Assembly: GCA_043803945.1 (NCBI GenBank)
Contig: JAZDJN010000016.1
Location: forward strand, 64,001-128,000
DNA: 64,000 bases
Reading direction: 5' to 3'
Origin: a bacterium
GTDB taxonomy: Bacteria; Bacteroidota; Ignavibacteria; UBA10030
Translations under genes and position numbers: made by a program
Shown here: positions 1 to 10,338 of the stretch, in pieces
How positions within the stretch are numbered: position 1 is the first letter of the stretch
Layout of the letters: each line of letters opens with the position of its first letter
Notes under the pieces: model-generated
Databases searched by the model: none
The model's input: only the letters and a program-made list of their open reading frames with translations
What the model was told of the DNA's origin: nothing

Positions 1-1197
1 ACAGTAGATTTTCTGCGGTACAACGCTCACTTCGTTTCAAAGATTTACAGCGAGCAGCCGCTTTCAACATCGCAGCAGATGAACCGGATTGAATACCGGC
101 CATTGGAAGGATTTATCTTCACCGTCTCTCCTTTTAACTTCACAGCAATCGGTTCAAACTTGAATATGGCACCCGTTCTCATGGGGAATACAACGATCTG
201 GAAACCTGCCACCACTGCTGTTCTCTCAAATTACTACCTGATGAAGATTTTTCAGGAAGCCGGTTTGCCGGATGGTGTGATCAACTTTCTTCCGGGTCCA
301 GGTGCTCCGGTCAGTAATGTTATTTTAAAATCGCGTGATATGGCTGGAATCCACTTCACCGGATCAAACGGCACGTTCAACTGGCTCTGGCGAAAGGTGT
401 GCGAGAATTTAGAGAACTACAAATCGTACCCAAAGCTTATTGGCGAGACCGGCGGCAAGGACTTCATCTTCGTCCATCCATCGGCCGACGCACAGCAGGC
501 AGCCACAGCGATTGTCCGCGGTTCATTCGAATATCAGGGCCAGAAATGTTCGGCATGTTCGAGAATCTACGTTCCCCGTTCTCTCTGGCTGGAGATCAAG
601 GAGATCATGCTTTCGATGATCGCCCGTATTAAAATGGGCGATGTTCGTGACTTCAATAATTTCCTGAACGCCGTCATCGACGAGCGGGCATTCGAATCGA
701 TTATGAATTACATCAAACGTGCAAAGACGAGTTCTACTGCCACGATTGTTGCCGGAGGCAAAGGATACAAATCGATCGGTTACTTTGTTGAACCGACCAT
801 CATCGAGACAATCGATCCGCATTTCGTGACGATGGAGGAGGAAATCTTCGGGCCGGTTGTTACAGCGTATGTCTATGACGATGACAAGTTTGAAGAGACA
901 CTGAAGCTCTGTGATGAAACATCTCCCTATGCATTGACCGGATCTATTTTTGCACGTGATCGGTATGCTCTGGTCAAAGCATGTCAAGAGCTACGGTATG
1001 CGGCGGGCAATTTCTACTACAACGACAAATGTACGGGAGCTATGGTTGGTATGCAGCCCTTTGGCGGTGCGCGAGCTTCCGGAACGAATGATAAAGCAGG
1101 CGGTGTGCTGAATTTGTTACGCTGGACATCGGCACGAACGGTGAAGGAAAATTATCTGCCTCCGACAGATTTTCCGTATCCGTATATGAGTGAATGA
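1..1197 (+). CDS. pruA: 1-pyrroline-5-carboxylate dehydrogenase (5'-truncated by window edge)
   Basis: Frame open from base 1 (TVDFLRYNAHF...). ALDH motifs SPFNFTAIG, HFTGS, GETGGK, FEYQGQKCSACS, EEIFGP, QPFGGARASGTNDKAG. Confidence 0.93.
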   Translation, partial: TVDFLRYNAHFVSKIYSEQPLSTSQQMNRIEYRPLEGFIFTVSPFNFTAIGSNLNMAPVLMGNTTIWKPATTAVLSNYYLMKIFQEAGLPDGVINFLPGPGAPVSNVILKSRDMAGIHFTGSNGTFNWLWRKVCENLENYKSYPKLIGETGGKDFIFVHPSADAQQAATAIVRGSFEYQGQKCSACSRIYVPRSLWLEIKEIMLSMIARIKMGDVRDFNNFLNAVIDERAFESIMNYIKRAKTSSTATIVAGGKGYKSIGYFVEPTIIETIDPHFVTMEEEIFGPVVTAYVYDDDKFEETLKLCDETSPYALTGSIFARDRYALVKACQELRYAAGNFYYNDKCTGAMVGMQPFGGARASGTNDKAGGVLNLLRWTSARTVKENYLPPTDFPYPYMSE

Positions 1198-1207
1198 CCT
1201 TTATAAA

Positions 1208-1279
1208 GAGTTCTGTCTTCTCTGAGATCAGAAGTCTGTCTTCCATCAGGGATTACTCTTTGTAAGAAGACAGACTTCT
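1208..1279. repeat. ~72-bp palindrome-containing repeat, copy 1 (copy 2 at 11489-11561)
   Basis: gtcttctc..agatcagaagtctgtcttc.atcag.gattactcttt.gtaagaa.acaga is shared with 11489-11561; internal inverted repeat agaagtctgtcttc...gaagacagacttct. Confidence 0.8.
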
Positions 1280-1368
1280 CTTCCAGGAGCTGTGAGGGAG
1301 CTCTGCTTCCGAACTTGTTTTTCAATTCTCTTCTGATTCTAATGATACAAAGCAGAACAGTGTATTCG

Positions 1369-4300
1369 TTACCCCAGCGCCTCACTACACACTATTCTTG
1401 GGATATCTTTAGAACGATTTTCCAATTCATCCGCAGAATCTATTCGTTCTTGAATATTGTGTTGATGGTACAAACGAGACAAAGATTTGAGAAGTGATTT
1501 TCCGGTTACTCCGTTTCGACGAAGAAGATTCAACTCCCGGTTTACAGCAGAAGTCTGTGATGAGCGGAATGCTTTTTCCAAAATATTTATTTGTGCCTTT
1601 TCATCTTCATCCTCTGCAATCTTGAAAAGCATTCGGAGTTCACGAATAATGTATCGCTGTGATTGAGTTAATGAGACCGATTGGTCACGTTCAACAGCCC
1701 TTTGCTTTACCTCCTCATCAAATGCTTTTTTCACACTTATAACAATTGTATTGTGACCTATCGGTAATTTTCCACCCGGTTCCCGTTCGCCCACCTTTAC
1801 AGATCCAAGTATTCTGGGTAAATCTCTCGAAATTATTTTTCCATCTGAATCAGTAAGGAACAGTTGCTTATATGTCCCCGACTTTCAGAAGACAAATGTT
1901 CCTTTCGTACTCATAGTCTTTTTTGCCGTCCTAATACCATCACGGAGATTACTGATCCGCTCATATTCAGAGGGATTTTCCTTTCTCAATTGACGCATAA
2001 TTTCTTCTGCTTCATTGAGGTCGAGCATTTCACCTTCTTCATCCTCGAATAAACTTAATTGATCACCCCTCTTCTCATAGATAGCATACATTGCCTCTTC
2101 ATTTAACTGCTCTGTTTTATCAAGTATCTGTGCATCTTCACCGATTGTATCATGGATTTCCTGGATGCGATTGTGTAAGGTCTGTTTCAGTCCCAGGTTC
2201 TTATCGATACCTGTCTCCGGCAAGAAATTGTAGCCCCACACTACAAGATTCTCCGAACCTATACGATCAATTCGACCAAATCGTTGAATGAGGCGCACTG
2301 GATTCCAATGGAGATCATAATTAATCATCTTGTCACAATCCTGAAGATTGAGTCCCTCTGAGAGAATATCCGTGGCAATGAGCAAATTGATTTCAGTTTC
2401 TCCACGAGAGAATATGTAATCTGGATTTGACTTGGGGGAGAACCTGCCAACAACTTTTGTTTTACTTTTATCTCCACTGTAGATCACCTCAATCTCTGAT
2501 TGCTTTTGCCCTGGATTCAGATTATCAAAGAGATATTGTGCTGTATCGGAGTACTGAGTGAAGATAAGTAGTTTCCCATTTTTCAACGCATCCTGCTTTA
2601 ACCATGCAAATAATGTTTGCAGCTTTGCATCTTTTTCCGGAGTTATCTTTTCAACGATTGCCAACATTTCTTCGAGCAATCCCAGATCGTGCTTCACATC
2701 CTGTTTCAACTCTTCTGCTTCAAAATCATCAATCCGATATTTCTCACTTGCTTCAGTTAATGCGGTATAGAGGTCCGCCTCTCCATATTTGTCGGACTCA
2801 TAAAGGATGGCCTGCGCATCATCTCCTGCAGGGACAATTCCATTCTGCAGTGATTTCAAGAACGCTTTATGAATTCTGATCATTCTTTTCAATGTCTCAC
2901 AGAATGCGTAGACACTCGATTCGAACCGTTTGAACAGGAGTGTACGGATCAATCCATGCAAATTAGCACCGGCACGATGAAGATCTAAATATGGATATTT
3001 CTTCTGTTTTTCTTTCACAACATAATGCCATAGGCCATAGCGAGCGTAGAGTAATTCTTTTTGATTACTGCTTTTGCCTTCACGCTTCGGCTTTCCAAGA
3101 TAGCTGCGGAGTTTTTGATATAAACCGCTGTACGTATCTTCAATGCTATATTCTATGGTTTCTAATTCTCGTTTAGGGAAGAATTGATGCCTCCCGCTGA
3201 CAATGACATAGGCTCGTCTCTTACCAGATTTATATTCATCGAAGCGGTTCGGATCAATTGGCTGTTGCGTTTCACTGTTGAATCCGTACCATTTAAGAAT
3301 ATGATTGCGCGTACGGCGAATGAGGATATGAACCAGTAAATCCTGCAGGCGCCTCTCACCTTTTTCAATAAGATCGAAATACTTTTTTAAATCCTGTGGA
3401 TCGATAGGAAGATCGGTTTTATCCTCGGTATGAAATAGCTTGATCTGGTTATAGACATCGGTGACCGCTTTATTGCGTGGTGTTGCCGTGAGAAAGACAC
3501 TTCTTTTTCTTCCTGCACTCAGATATGCTTGCAGCATTTCGTAGCGCTGGGTTGTGTGATGCCGGAAATTGTGGCTTTCATCCACAAGAACAAAATCTCT
3601 GTCGCGATATTTCACATCATCGAGAAGAATATTCTTACCTGCTTCCTCTTGTTCTCTCAAATATCCCATTGAGAGGACGCGCGCATTCAGTTGATAGAGC
3701 TCGTTATATCGCTCCCACATATCGACAAGAGTCGCAGGACAAATAACAAGAGGGCGCGCATGATCTGTCCGTTCAAAGTGTTTGGCAATCGCGGCACCGA
3801 TATAACTCTTTCCCATACCGACAACATCGGCAACGAAAACGCCAGAATATTCTCGAATGATTTGCACCGCTTGCTTTACTGCAACACGCTGAAAATCCGC
3901 CAGCCTGGATGTAATTTCATCATCCCAAAGAATATCTGTTCCTTCACTTTCCTCAAGACGATCGCGGACAAGCTCGTAGAGAGTTTTCATATAAATATCA
4001 TATGGGCGCACCGGAGCCATAGCCCACGATTGCTTCAATTCAGTCATTAACGATTCATCAAAATCTTTTGCTTCATTCCAGAGATCATCGAACCATCGGG
4101 TAAGCTCGGCATGGTTATCCTCACCGTGTACTACGACATTCAGTTCTGTATTATGAGAAATACCGGAGAGTGTAAAGTTAGATGAACCGACAATAGCGAT
4201 ACCCTTTTCATACCTGCCGTCCTGCTTGTAATCAAAAATGTATGCCTTTGCATGAAGACGGCCTTTCGTATAGACTTTTACCTTTAGTTTCTTCTGCTCA

Positions 4301-4686
4301 ATAAGCGAGGCGACAGTAATGATCAGTTCCTCGCTTGCATCTGTTTGATCCATAAGCGAGACAGCTTCTTTGACATTTTCAGTGGTGGTTTTGACATTTC
4401 GTGTTTCATCCGAGCGTTTGATGAATTTGACTTGATTCGTTGCTTCTTCAACCAGCTCAAGACGCTTATAGCCCTCGGAGATTTGTTCAAGCGTCTGATA
4501 TTTTGTGGTATTCCCAATAAGCAAACGGATTTCTCCAACCTCATTAAGCTGTTTCCTCAATGGTTCAAAACCAGAGAGGAAGAAGTAACCAACAGCAAAC
4601 TTGGCACGTTCACTGGATGGCAAAATGCGGAGTATATGATCTATAAGTTTTTCGTTTCGGTTATCGATGATGTCATGTTGTGGCAT
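1369..4686 (-). CDS. PLD-nuclease + SNF2/superfamily-2 helicase, interrupted by one in-frame TGA at 1885-1887 (possible pseudogene)
   Basis: N-terminal PLD motif RLHAKAY...GSSN; helicase motifs ADVVGMGKS, DESH, TATP, SEGLNLQ, QRFGRIDR. ORFs 1885..4686 and 1369..1794 share a frame, which reads ...GTFVF*KSGTYKQLFLTDSDG... without another stop. Confidence 0.85.
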
Positions 4687-4792
4687 TTCGCGGCTACTCT
4701 TTATGTTTAATTATTTGCTTTTTTAACGGAAACTGCTTACTTTAGTGCCGGAGTTTTTACTCCAGCCCCCATACAATGAGAAATTTGTATGA

Positions 4793-4817
4793 TAAGCCCT
4801 CAATTGAAGAGGGCTTG
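4793..4817. promoter_or_regulatory. Inverted repeat in the divergent helicase/antitoxin intergenic region (possible operator)
   Basis: aagccctc-aattgaa-gagggctt; function inferred from position only. Confidence 0.35.
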
Positions 4818-4910
4818 TTCATTACATGACAGATAAAATGTTCGAATTATTAATAATCGCTAAGAGCCGGTTGATTCTCATCTCGATATCCGCTAATTTC
4901 AAATAGGCAG

Positions 4911-5516
4911 ATGACAAACATAACAATGCAATTGAATAACATTCATAGAGAAAAACTCCTCAACGCAATTCTCCTCTTTTCCAGAAAGACCAAATGTCCT
5001 TCCTTAGTGAAGATGTTCAAGCTGCTCTTCTTCCTTGATTTTTATCACTTCAAGCTCACGGGAAGAACTGTCACCGATCTCGATTATTATGCTTTGCCGT
5101 TTGGTCCGGTTCCAACCGATTTCTACAATGAGATCAAGGATGGCACTGTTCCCCCCGATATGGATCATTCATTTGCACTTGTACCATTGCAGACCGAACG
5201 CGGCACTCCAGCTTTTGAATTCAAATCAAAGAAACCTGCTGATCTCTCTGTGTTCTCACCTCGTGAGCAAAAGCTGCTCGATGATCTTGCTTTTGCTTTC
5301 AAGGATATTACTCCTTCCCAGATGACTGAGATTTCCCATCTGAAAAACCAGCCATGGGATAAAACTATAAAGGGCAAAGGCGCGAATACACTGATCGATT
5401 ACATGCTTGCCATTGACAACGAGGCAACGATTTCGATGGATGATGCTCGTGCCATGCTAATTGAGCATCGAGAGATGGCAAAGAATTTTTCGGTGAAACA
5501 CCATCTCTCAAAATAG
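4911..5516 (+). CDS. Panacea-domain (DUF4065/SocA/GepA) antitoxin
   Basis: KLLFFLDF...TGRTVTDLDYYALPFGPVP motif and C-terminal SH..PW, typical of DUF4065. Confidence 0.85.
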   Translation: MTNITMQLNNIHREKLLNAILLFSRKTKCPSLVKMFKLLFFLDFYHFKLTGRTVTDLDYYALPFGPVPTDFYNEIKDGTVPPDMDHSFALVPLQTERGTPAFEFKSKKPADLSVFSPREQKLLDDLAFAFKDITPSQMTEISHLKNQPWDKTIKGKGANTLIDYMLAIDNEATISMDDARAMLIEHREMAKNFSVKHHLSK

Positions 5517-5518
5517 AA

Positions 5519-5932
5519 ATGATCGCCGGTGATATTCTCTTTCATACTGACTTCACCTTCAACGACAAAACCAAAGGTGTAAAACTTCTTATTATTTTAA
5601 ACAATCCCGACTTATCCAAGAATGAGCCATTTCTTGTCATTCGAACCACCTCCCTCCTTAAGGGAAAGCAGATGCAACCTGGTTGTATCGCCGCGTGGAG
5701 ACTCTTTTTCATTCCACCAAGCGAAGGCGAGTTCTTCAAAGAGCCAACGCTCTTGCAGCTTGACGCCATCTACGAAATGGATGCGATAACTGCTGTGAGG
5801 AATGGAATTCATCATACTCTCAAGCAGATCGGACAACTTTCAGCGCTTACGCTCGCACAACTCAAAAACTGCCTGAAACAAATCAAAGATGACATCTCCG
5901 AGAAACACTACAAGCTCATTTTTAAAAAGTAG
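5519..5932 (+). CDS. Putative toxin, divergent PemK/MazF-like
   Basis: Starts 2 nt after the Panacea gene; GDILF..F.F.D....K.LIILN...FLVIRTTS pattern resembles PemK/MazF. Confidence 0.55.
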   Translation: MIAGDILFHTDFTFNDKTKGVKLLIILNNPDLSKNEPFLVIRTTSLLKGKQMQPGCIAAWRLFFIPPSEGEFFKEPTLLQLDAIYEMDAITAVRNGIHHTLKQIGQLSALTLAQLKNCLKQIKDDISEKHYKLIFKK

Positions 5933-6029
5933 TGGCATCCGTTCATCATTATTATTCTAGTAATCAATTCCCTCAATCATTGTCCAGATATTTTTTCATC
6001 GCGATTATTGAAAACGTCATCTTAAGGCG

Positions 6030-9000
6030 TCATAATTGTCCCTCAACGATTTCAATCTCTTCTTCGGTCAACCCATATAGCTTGTACACTTGTTGATCGA
6101 TCTGTGCCTCAAAGTCTTTTGTATCATATGTTGGCATTCCCCTCTTTTTCGCCAAAATTTTCTCAACGATTGTAACAAATCGAGACTGGGACTTTTTATC
6201 AAGCAAGTAACAAGGAATAGCATTAAGTCCTTTAACACCTATATGTGGTGTAGCTTTGTTGCCTTTGCGGAGAATCTCTTTTTCAATTGCATAGAATGAA
6301 ATTAACTTTGAGTTTATCAATGCGCATATGTATAGCAGATCATATTTATCATTTTTTTGTGTACCCACCATGATTCCGTATGCACCATATATTCTTTCCT
6401 CTGAATAAGCACACATCAAATATTGACCAGATTCAGGAATAAATAGGCGTGGAACCAGATATCTCTTAGGATCACCAAGGACAAGGGTTTTACCGAAATC
6501 TCTAAGTTCTTTCTCTTTCCCCTGGTCGAAGCAGAAGTAGCCATCGCGATGATCCCATGCGTATGAATACCGGTTGATGGCATGTGTTCCTCCAAGATAT
6601 CTATAATAATTACTGTTCTTCTTTTCTGAGCAGAGAAAACTATCGAAACATCCTCCAATATTCACACCTCTATTGATAGTAATCAGATTGCCCAATACGC
6701 CATCAGCTCTTTCAATTTTTGCGGTTATCTGTCCATATAAAGAGAAATGAAACTCCAGATTTCTATTCGACCGAATTTCTTTAACATTTACTGTTACCGG
6801 TTCTTCTATTTGTCCCTTGTACCATTTAATCGGATACTCCTCTAGAAGTGGCTCGTTTTGAATGGAAAAGATTATGCAATCAACAATTGCTTCAAAAGGA
6901 TGAAGGTCTGTAATTAAGTACTCAATCCTCCCGTTTTCTAAAAGGAATCTACGGACGTATACATAAGAAGGTAACACCGATAACGTCTTATTAACGATGA
7001 AAACAGTTCTTCCTCTCCCAGTAGATATTATCATTGCCCGTTCAGCAAATAAATTCATGCTGTTGGTACGATCACTTTCGTTGAGTAATGAGTTGTAGTA
7101 TCGAATAAAGTAACGTTTCTCCTCGAGGGTTAAATCGTGACCAGTGTTACTATAGAATGAGATATAAGGTGGATTTCCAATTACGATATCAAATCCATCC
7201 TTTTCCCTAAAAACTTCCGCAAAATCCAACTTCCATACAAATGTGTCTATGAGCCTCCGAGTGTGCTCTGTTTCTTTTAGCTTTCCTTGTTGGACAGCAA
7301 TAAGTTTTTCTTTCGTATTTTTTGCCGGAAGCAAAAGCCGGTCGAGTTCTTTAATCTCCACCTTCATGGCATCGCGTTCTTCCTCCTCTGCTTTTTTAAG
7401 CCTACGTTCCCCAAATAATCCGCTTCCATATTTTGATTCGTACGCCTCAACTACTTGATCCTGCCGCAGTTTCAGGTAGAATGAAGCAAGATCGCATTGC
7501 TTGGAAAGTATTTTTAGTTCTGCCTCATGCTTCTTTTTCATATCCGATTCATAGAAGTAGGCGTGTTTGTCATTCTGAATACTGTCGATAAGCTGTTTGA
7601 GCTTCTCTCCTTTTTCTGTTACCTGCGGCAAGTTTAAATTTACATTGTATCCAAATAACTGGTCGATAAGACTGTTTCCCTGTCGTATCCGATAGCTTAA
7701 ATTAGGCAGCGGGGGAATATCTTTCCCTTCATAATCCACCACTAATGAGAGCCAGAGCCGCAGTTCACAAATTCGCACCGCTTGTTCCTGAATATCCACT
7801 CCGTACAGGCAATTTTCAATTAGCTTACGTTTGAGTTGGTAATCATAGTTTTCATGTCTTATTTCCTTTGTCCCTTTCAACACGATATCAAAGAGCTTAA
7901 TCACGGCAATCATCTCGTGGAGCATTCCAACAACGAATGCACCGGAGCCAACTGCAGGATCACACACACGGCATTGTAAGACCAATTGTTTCATCCTCTC
8001 AGCTTCCTGCGTAGTAAAGGAAGATCGAAGCCAGGTAAGTTCTTCCTCCGAAATCTGCGTAGCAGGATTGAGTGTGAACAGCTTTTCTATCTTCTCACGA
8101 TTCAAGCTTAGGCTTGTCTTCTCAGTTGCTCCTTCAATCAAATACTCCTTAAGCGATTGCTGGCACATGAAATGAACAATCACTCGCGGGGTATAATAGC
8201 TTCCGGTAGCTTTACGTAAATCGGTTTTGGGATTTTTTTCCAACGTCAAAATTAAGTTTTCAAAGACTTTTCCAAGCATTTCCGGATCGATTGCTACCTC
8301 CATATCCAGTGCTGTATCTTCACGAACGGTGAAGTTATAATGCTCGAAGAGTTCTTTGAACATTTTGCCAAAGGCTTTATTGCGAATCTTCAGTGGAAAT
8401 TCCCAATTTTCTATTTCGAACAGTCCACCGTTGAGGAAGGGAATTTCTCCGAGATGTTTGAATATCACTTCTGAGCTTGCGAGACGTTGGAAGACAGGAA
8501 GGGCTATTTCTGTGTAGTAGGAAATCTTCTCCGGTTGATTTTGGTATCCCTTCTTGAAGTGAGCATAAAGAAAATTCTTGTTCCCGTTCAGCCAGCCCTT
8601 CTTTTGAATGAAGTAGAGGAACATCAATCTGTTCAGGAGAATTTGCGATATCTCTGCCGATCGTTCAGCATATCTTGGATTAATTTCATCAATTTGATCT
8701 TTCAAGTAATCAAATATAATCCCGAATGATTTAAAGAAATCCTTTGTTACTGCTTCAACATCAAATGCTACATCATGCCGTTGCTGGAGTTCGAGGGGCG
8801 ATAGTTTTTTAGCATCCGGCACTTCGAGCATGGAAATGCGCTGAGCCGCTGTGTGCAACCGTTCATCCGGTCCGATGACAATTCGGCGGAAAATCTTGCG
8901 GCGACTCTCCTCTTCATCATACTTCACATTGATGAAGTGCCACTGCTGTTTGAGAGAATCAAAGAAGAGAAAGAGAGAATAGGGATGATCACGGAGAAGG

Positions 9001-9248
9001 TTATTGATAACGGGACGTTCGACACCAAGCAGGAGCTGGTCAACTTCACAATAAAGGACTTTAAAATCATCATGACCAGCAAGGATTTGAAGCTGTTTCA
9101 CCCTGCCATCAAGAGACGATGGGAACCTCTTTAAAGAAAGAGTCTTTGCAGCGTAATCATAATTGAGTAATGTAGAGAAGAGTTTTGCAGCATCATCGTG
9201 ACTTTTCAGGGATGATAAGCGAGCATAAACAGATTCATGCAATTCCAT
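6030..9248 (-). CDS. Eco57I-like/Type IIG N6-adenine DNA methyltransferase with C-terminal target-recognition region
   Basis: GSYYTP, DPAVGSGAF (motif I), GFDIVIGNPPY (motif IV), C-terminal IDQQVYKLYGLTEEEI. Start placed at ATG 9248 after ggag; the longer ORF start runs through a palindromic repeat. Confidence 0.9.
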   Translation of the reverse strand: MELHESVYARLSSLKSHDDAAKLFSTLLNYDYAAKTLSLKRFPSSLDGRVKQLQILAGHDDFKVLYCEVDQLLLGVERPVINNLLRDHPYSLFLFFDSLKQQWHFINVKYDEEESRRKIFRRIVIGPDERLHTAAQRISMLEVPDAKKLSPLELQQRHDVAFDVEAVTKDFFKSFGIIFDYLKDQIDEINPRYAERSAEISQILLNRLMFLYFIQKKGWLNGNKNFLYAHFKKGYQNQPEKISYYTEIALPVFQRLASSEVIFKHLGEIPFLNGGLFEIENWEFPLKIRNKAFGKMFKELFEHYNFTVREDTALDMEVAIDPEMLGKVFENLILTLEKNPKTDLRKATGSYYTPRVIVHFMCQQSLKEYLIEGATEKTSLSLNREKIEKLFTLNPATQISEEELTWLRSSFTTQEAERMKQLVLQCRVCDPAVGSGAFVVGMLHEMIAVIKLFDIVLKGTKEIRHENYDYQLKRKLIENCLYGVDIQEQAVRICELRLWLSLVVDYEGKDIPPLPNLSYRIRQGNSLIDQLFGYNVNLNLPQVTEKGEKLKQLIDSIQNDKHAYFYESDMKKKHEAELKILSKQCDLASFYLKLRQDQVVEAYESKYGSGLFGERRLKKAEEEERDAMKVEIKELDRLLLPAKNTKEKLIAVQQGKLKETEHTRRLIDTFVWKLDFAEVFREKDGFDIVIGNPPYISFYSNTGHDLTLEEKRYFIRYYNSLLNESDRTNSMNLFAERAMIISTGRGRTVFIVNKTLSVLPSYVYVRRFLLENGRIEYLITDLHPFEAIVDCIIFSIQNEPLLEEYPIKWYKGQIEEPVTVNVKEIRSNRNLEFHFSLYGQITAKIERADGVLGNLITINRGVNIGGCFDSFLCSEKKNSNYYRYLGGTHAINRYSYAWDHRDGYFCFDQGKEKELRDFGKTLVLGDPKRYLVPRLFIPESGQYLMCAYSEERIYGAYGIMVGTQKNDKYDLLYICALINSKLISFYAIEKEILRKGNKATPHIGVKGLNAIPCYLLDKKSQSRFVTIVEKILAKKRGMPTYDTKDFEAQIDQQVYKLYGLTEEEIEIVEGQL

Positions 9249-9307
9249 AAAGCTCCATTTGGTATTCTGCTGGTGTAGAGAATGGAGCTTCGGTTGGTGT
9301 CGTTCAT

Positions 9308-9384
9308 CTGTCATTCCCGCGTAAGCGGGAATCCAGCGCCTTACGGAGTGAGGCACTGGGTGCCCGCGTTCGCGAGCACGACAG
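9308..9384. repeat. REP/REPIN-like palindromic element (GTCATTCCCGC...GCGGGAATCC family)
   Basis: ctgtcattcccgcgtaagcgggaatccag...ctgggtgcccgcgttcgcgagcacgacag; relatives at 13742 and 16978. Confidence 0.8.
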
Positions 9385-9484
9385 AAAATCTTTTTCGGCT
9401 TCTTTGGTTCAGGGAGTATTTGGAGTTGACCGGCACTTACAATTCTTATGCCTTACAAAGTGACGGTCAACTATCGAGTCCAAT

Positions 9485-9640
9485 AAAAAAGGGTGCATCT
9501 TGCGATCACCCTCTCTGCGGGACACGACTCCCGGACCAAAAGATGAACGAAGTGCACCCCTTTCGGGGCGCATCCTCGATCTGTGTCTTTGGTCTTGAAT
9601 TATCGTGTTTTCAGAGAGACAGCAGCCGAAGCTGAGCCAA
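9485..9640 (-). ncRNA. Putative structured leader RNA/attenuator upstream of the methyltransferase
   Basis: Minus strand: CAGC-UUCG-GCUG hairpin; long stem (CUCUCUG/CAGAGAG, ACACGA/UCGUGU, GACCAAA/UUUGGUC) capped by a GAAA hairpin; then a GCAA hairpin followed by U6. Confidence 0.6.
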
Positions 9641-9866
9641 ATATGTTTTATCGTTTGGCGAAGTCCCGCACCCTGAGTTTATCGAAGGGTGGCGGGACTA
9701 CGCATTAGTTCATAAGTTTTAAGTCTATGAGTAAAAGATTCCTCTAATTGTAAATTATCATTGAATTTTGTTGCTCACCTCTTCTATAGGTTGCCTCTCT
9801 TGTCTGGCTACCTGAAGATCTAATATTAACGCATCAGGATGATCGACTGACTCTAGAATACTGATG

Positions 9867-10076
9867 TCACGCAAACATCAATCTCCCCTTTGGTATCGGG
9901 ATTTCTTTGCCTTCCTCTTTCGCAATTTCAATCCATTCCTGAATAACAATTTCAACATTTTTCATAGCATCGATGTAGGTTTCTCCATCTGCCATACAGC
10001 CCGGAAGCTCGGGGACCTCAGCGATAAACGCCTTATCTTCTTCACTCCAATAAATGATGACTTCATATTTACTCAT
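9867..10076 (-). CDS. hicB: HicB-family antitoxin
   Basis: MSKYEVIIYWSEEDKAFIAEVPELPGCMADGETY...IPIPKGRLMFA. Confidence 0.9.
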   Translation of the reverse strand: MSKYEVIIYWSEEDKAFIAEVPELPGCMADGETYIDAMKNVEIVIQEWIEIAKEEGKEIPIPKGRLMFA

Positions 10077-10131
10077 TGGCATCCGATTGTGCGAGCAAAA
10101 TAATCTCGAGCATTTTTTCGTATCTATCCAT
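10069..10131 (-). pseudogene. N-terminal remnant of a HicA-family toxin
   Basis: MDRYEKMLEIILLAQSDANE* resembles the KYEKLL.ILRG.SDANI start of HicA toxins; its stop overlaps the hicB start. Confidence 0.6.
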
Positions 10132-10338
10132 AACAATCCCTGTTGCAATATACAAAAACTAGAAGAAAATCCATCTTCTGTTTTCTATGAATATCAACTT
10201 CTGCAGTGAGAAAATGGGATGCAGTCCGGTGCAATTATTAATATGCTATATTGGTAAGAAAGAGATGTAGAGAAAAAAAAGTCTGACTTTATTTAAAGGA
10301 TCTCCCTACATAAAAGTCGGACTTTTTGCCCGTAGTCA

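Noticed and set aside
1369-1794. Independent 141-aa gene
   Set aside because: It is the in-frame continuation of the helicase past a single TGA.
1852-1887. Confident selenocysteine call
   Set aside because: The hairpin does not fit the bacterial SECIS consensus, the position is not in a redox motif, and no sel genes are in the window.
9249-9356. N-terminal extension of the MTase ORF (…WIPAYAGMT…)
   Set aside because: It is the translation of a palindromic repeat; an RBS-preceded ATG lies at 9248.
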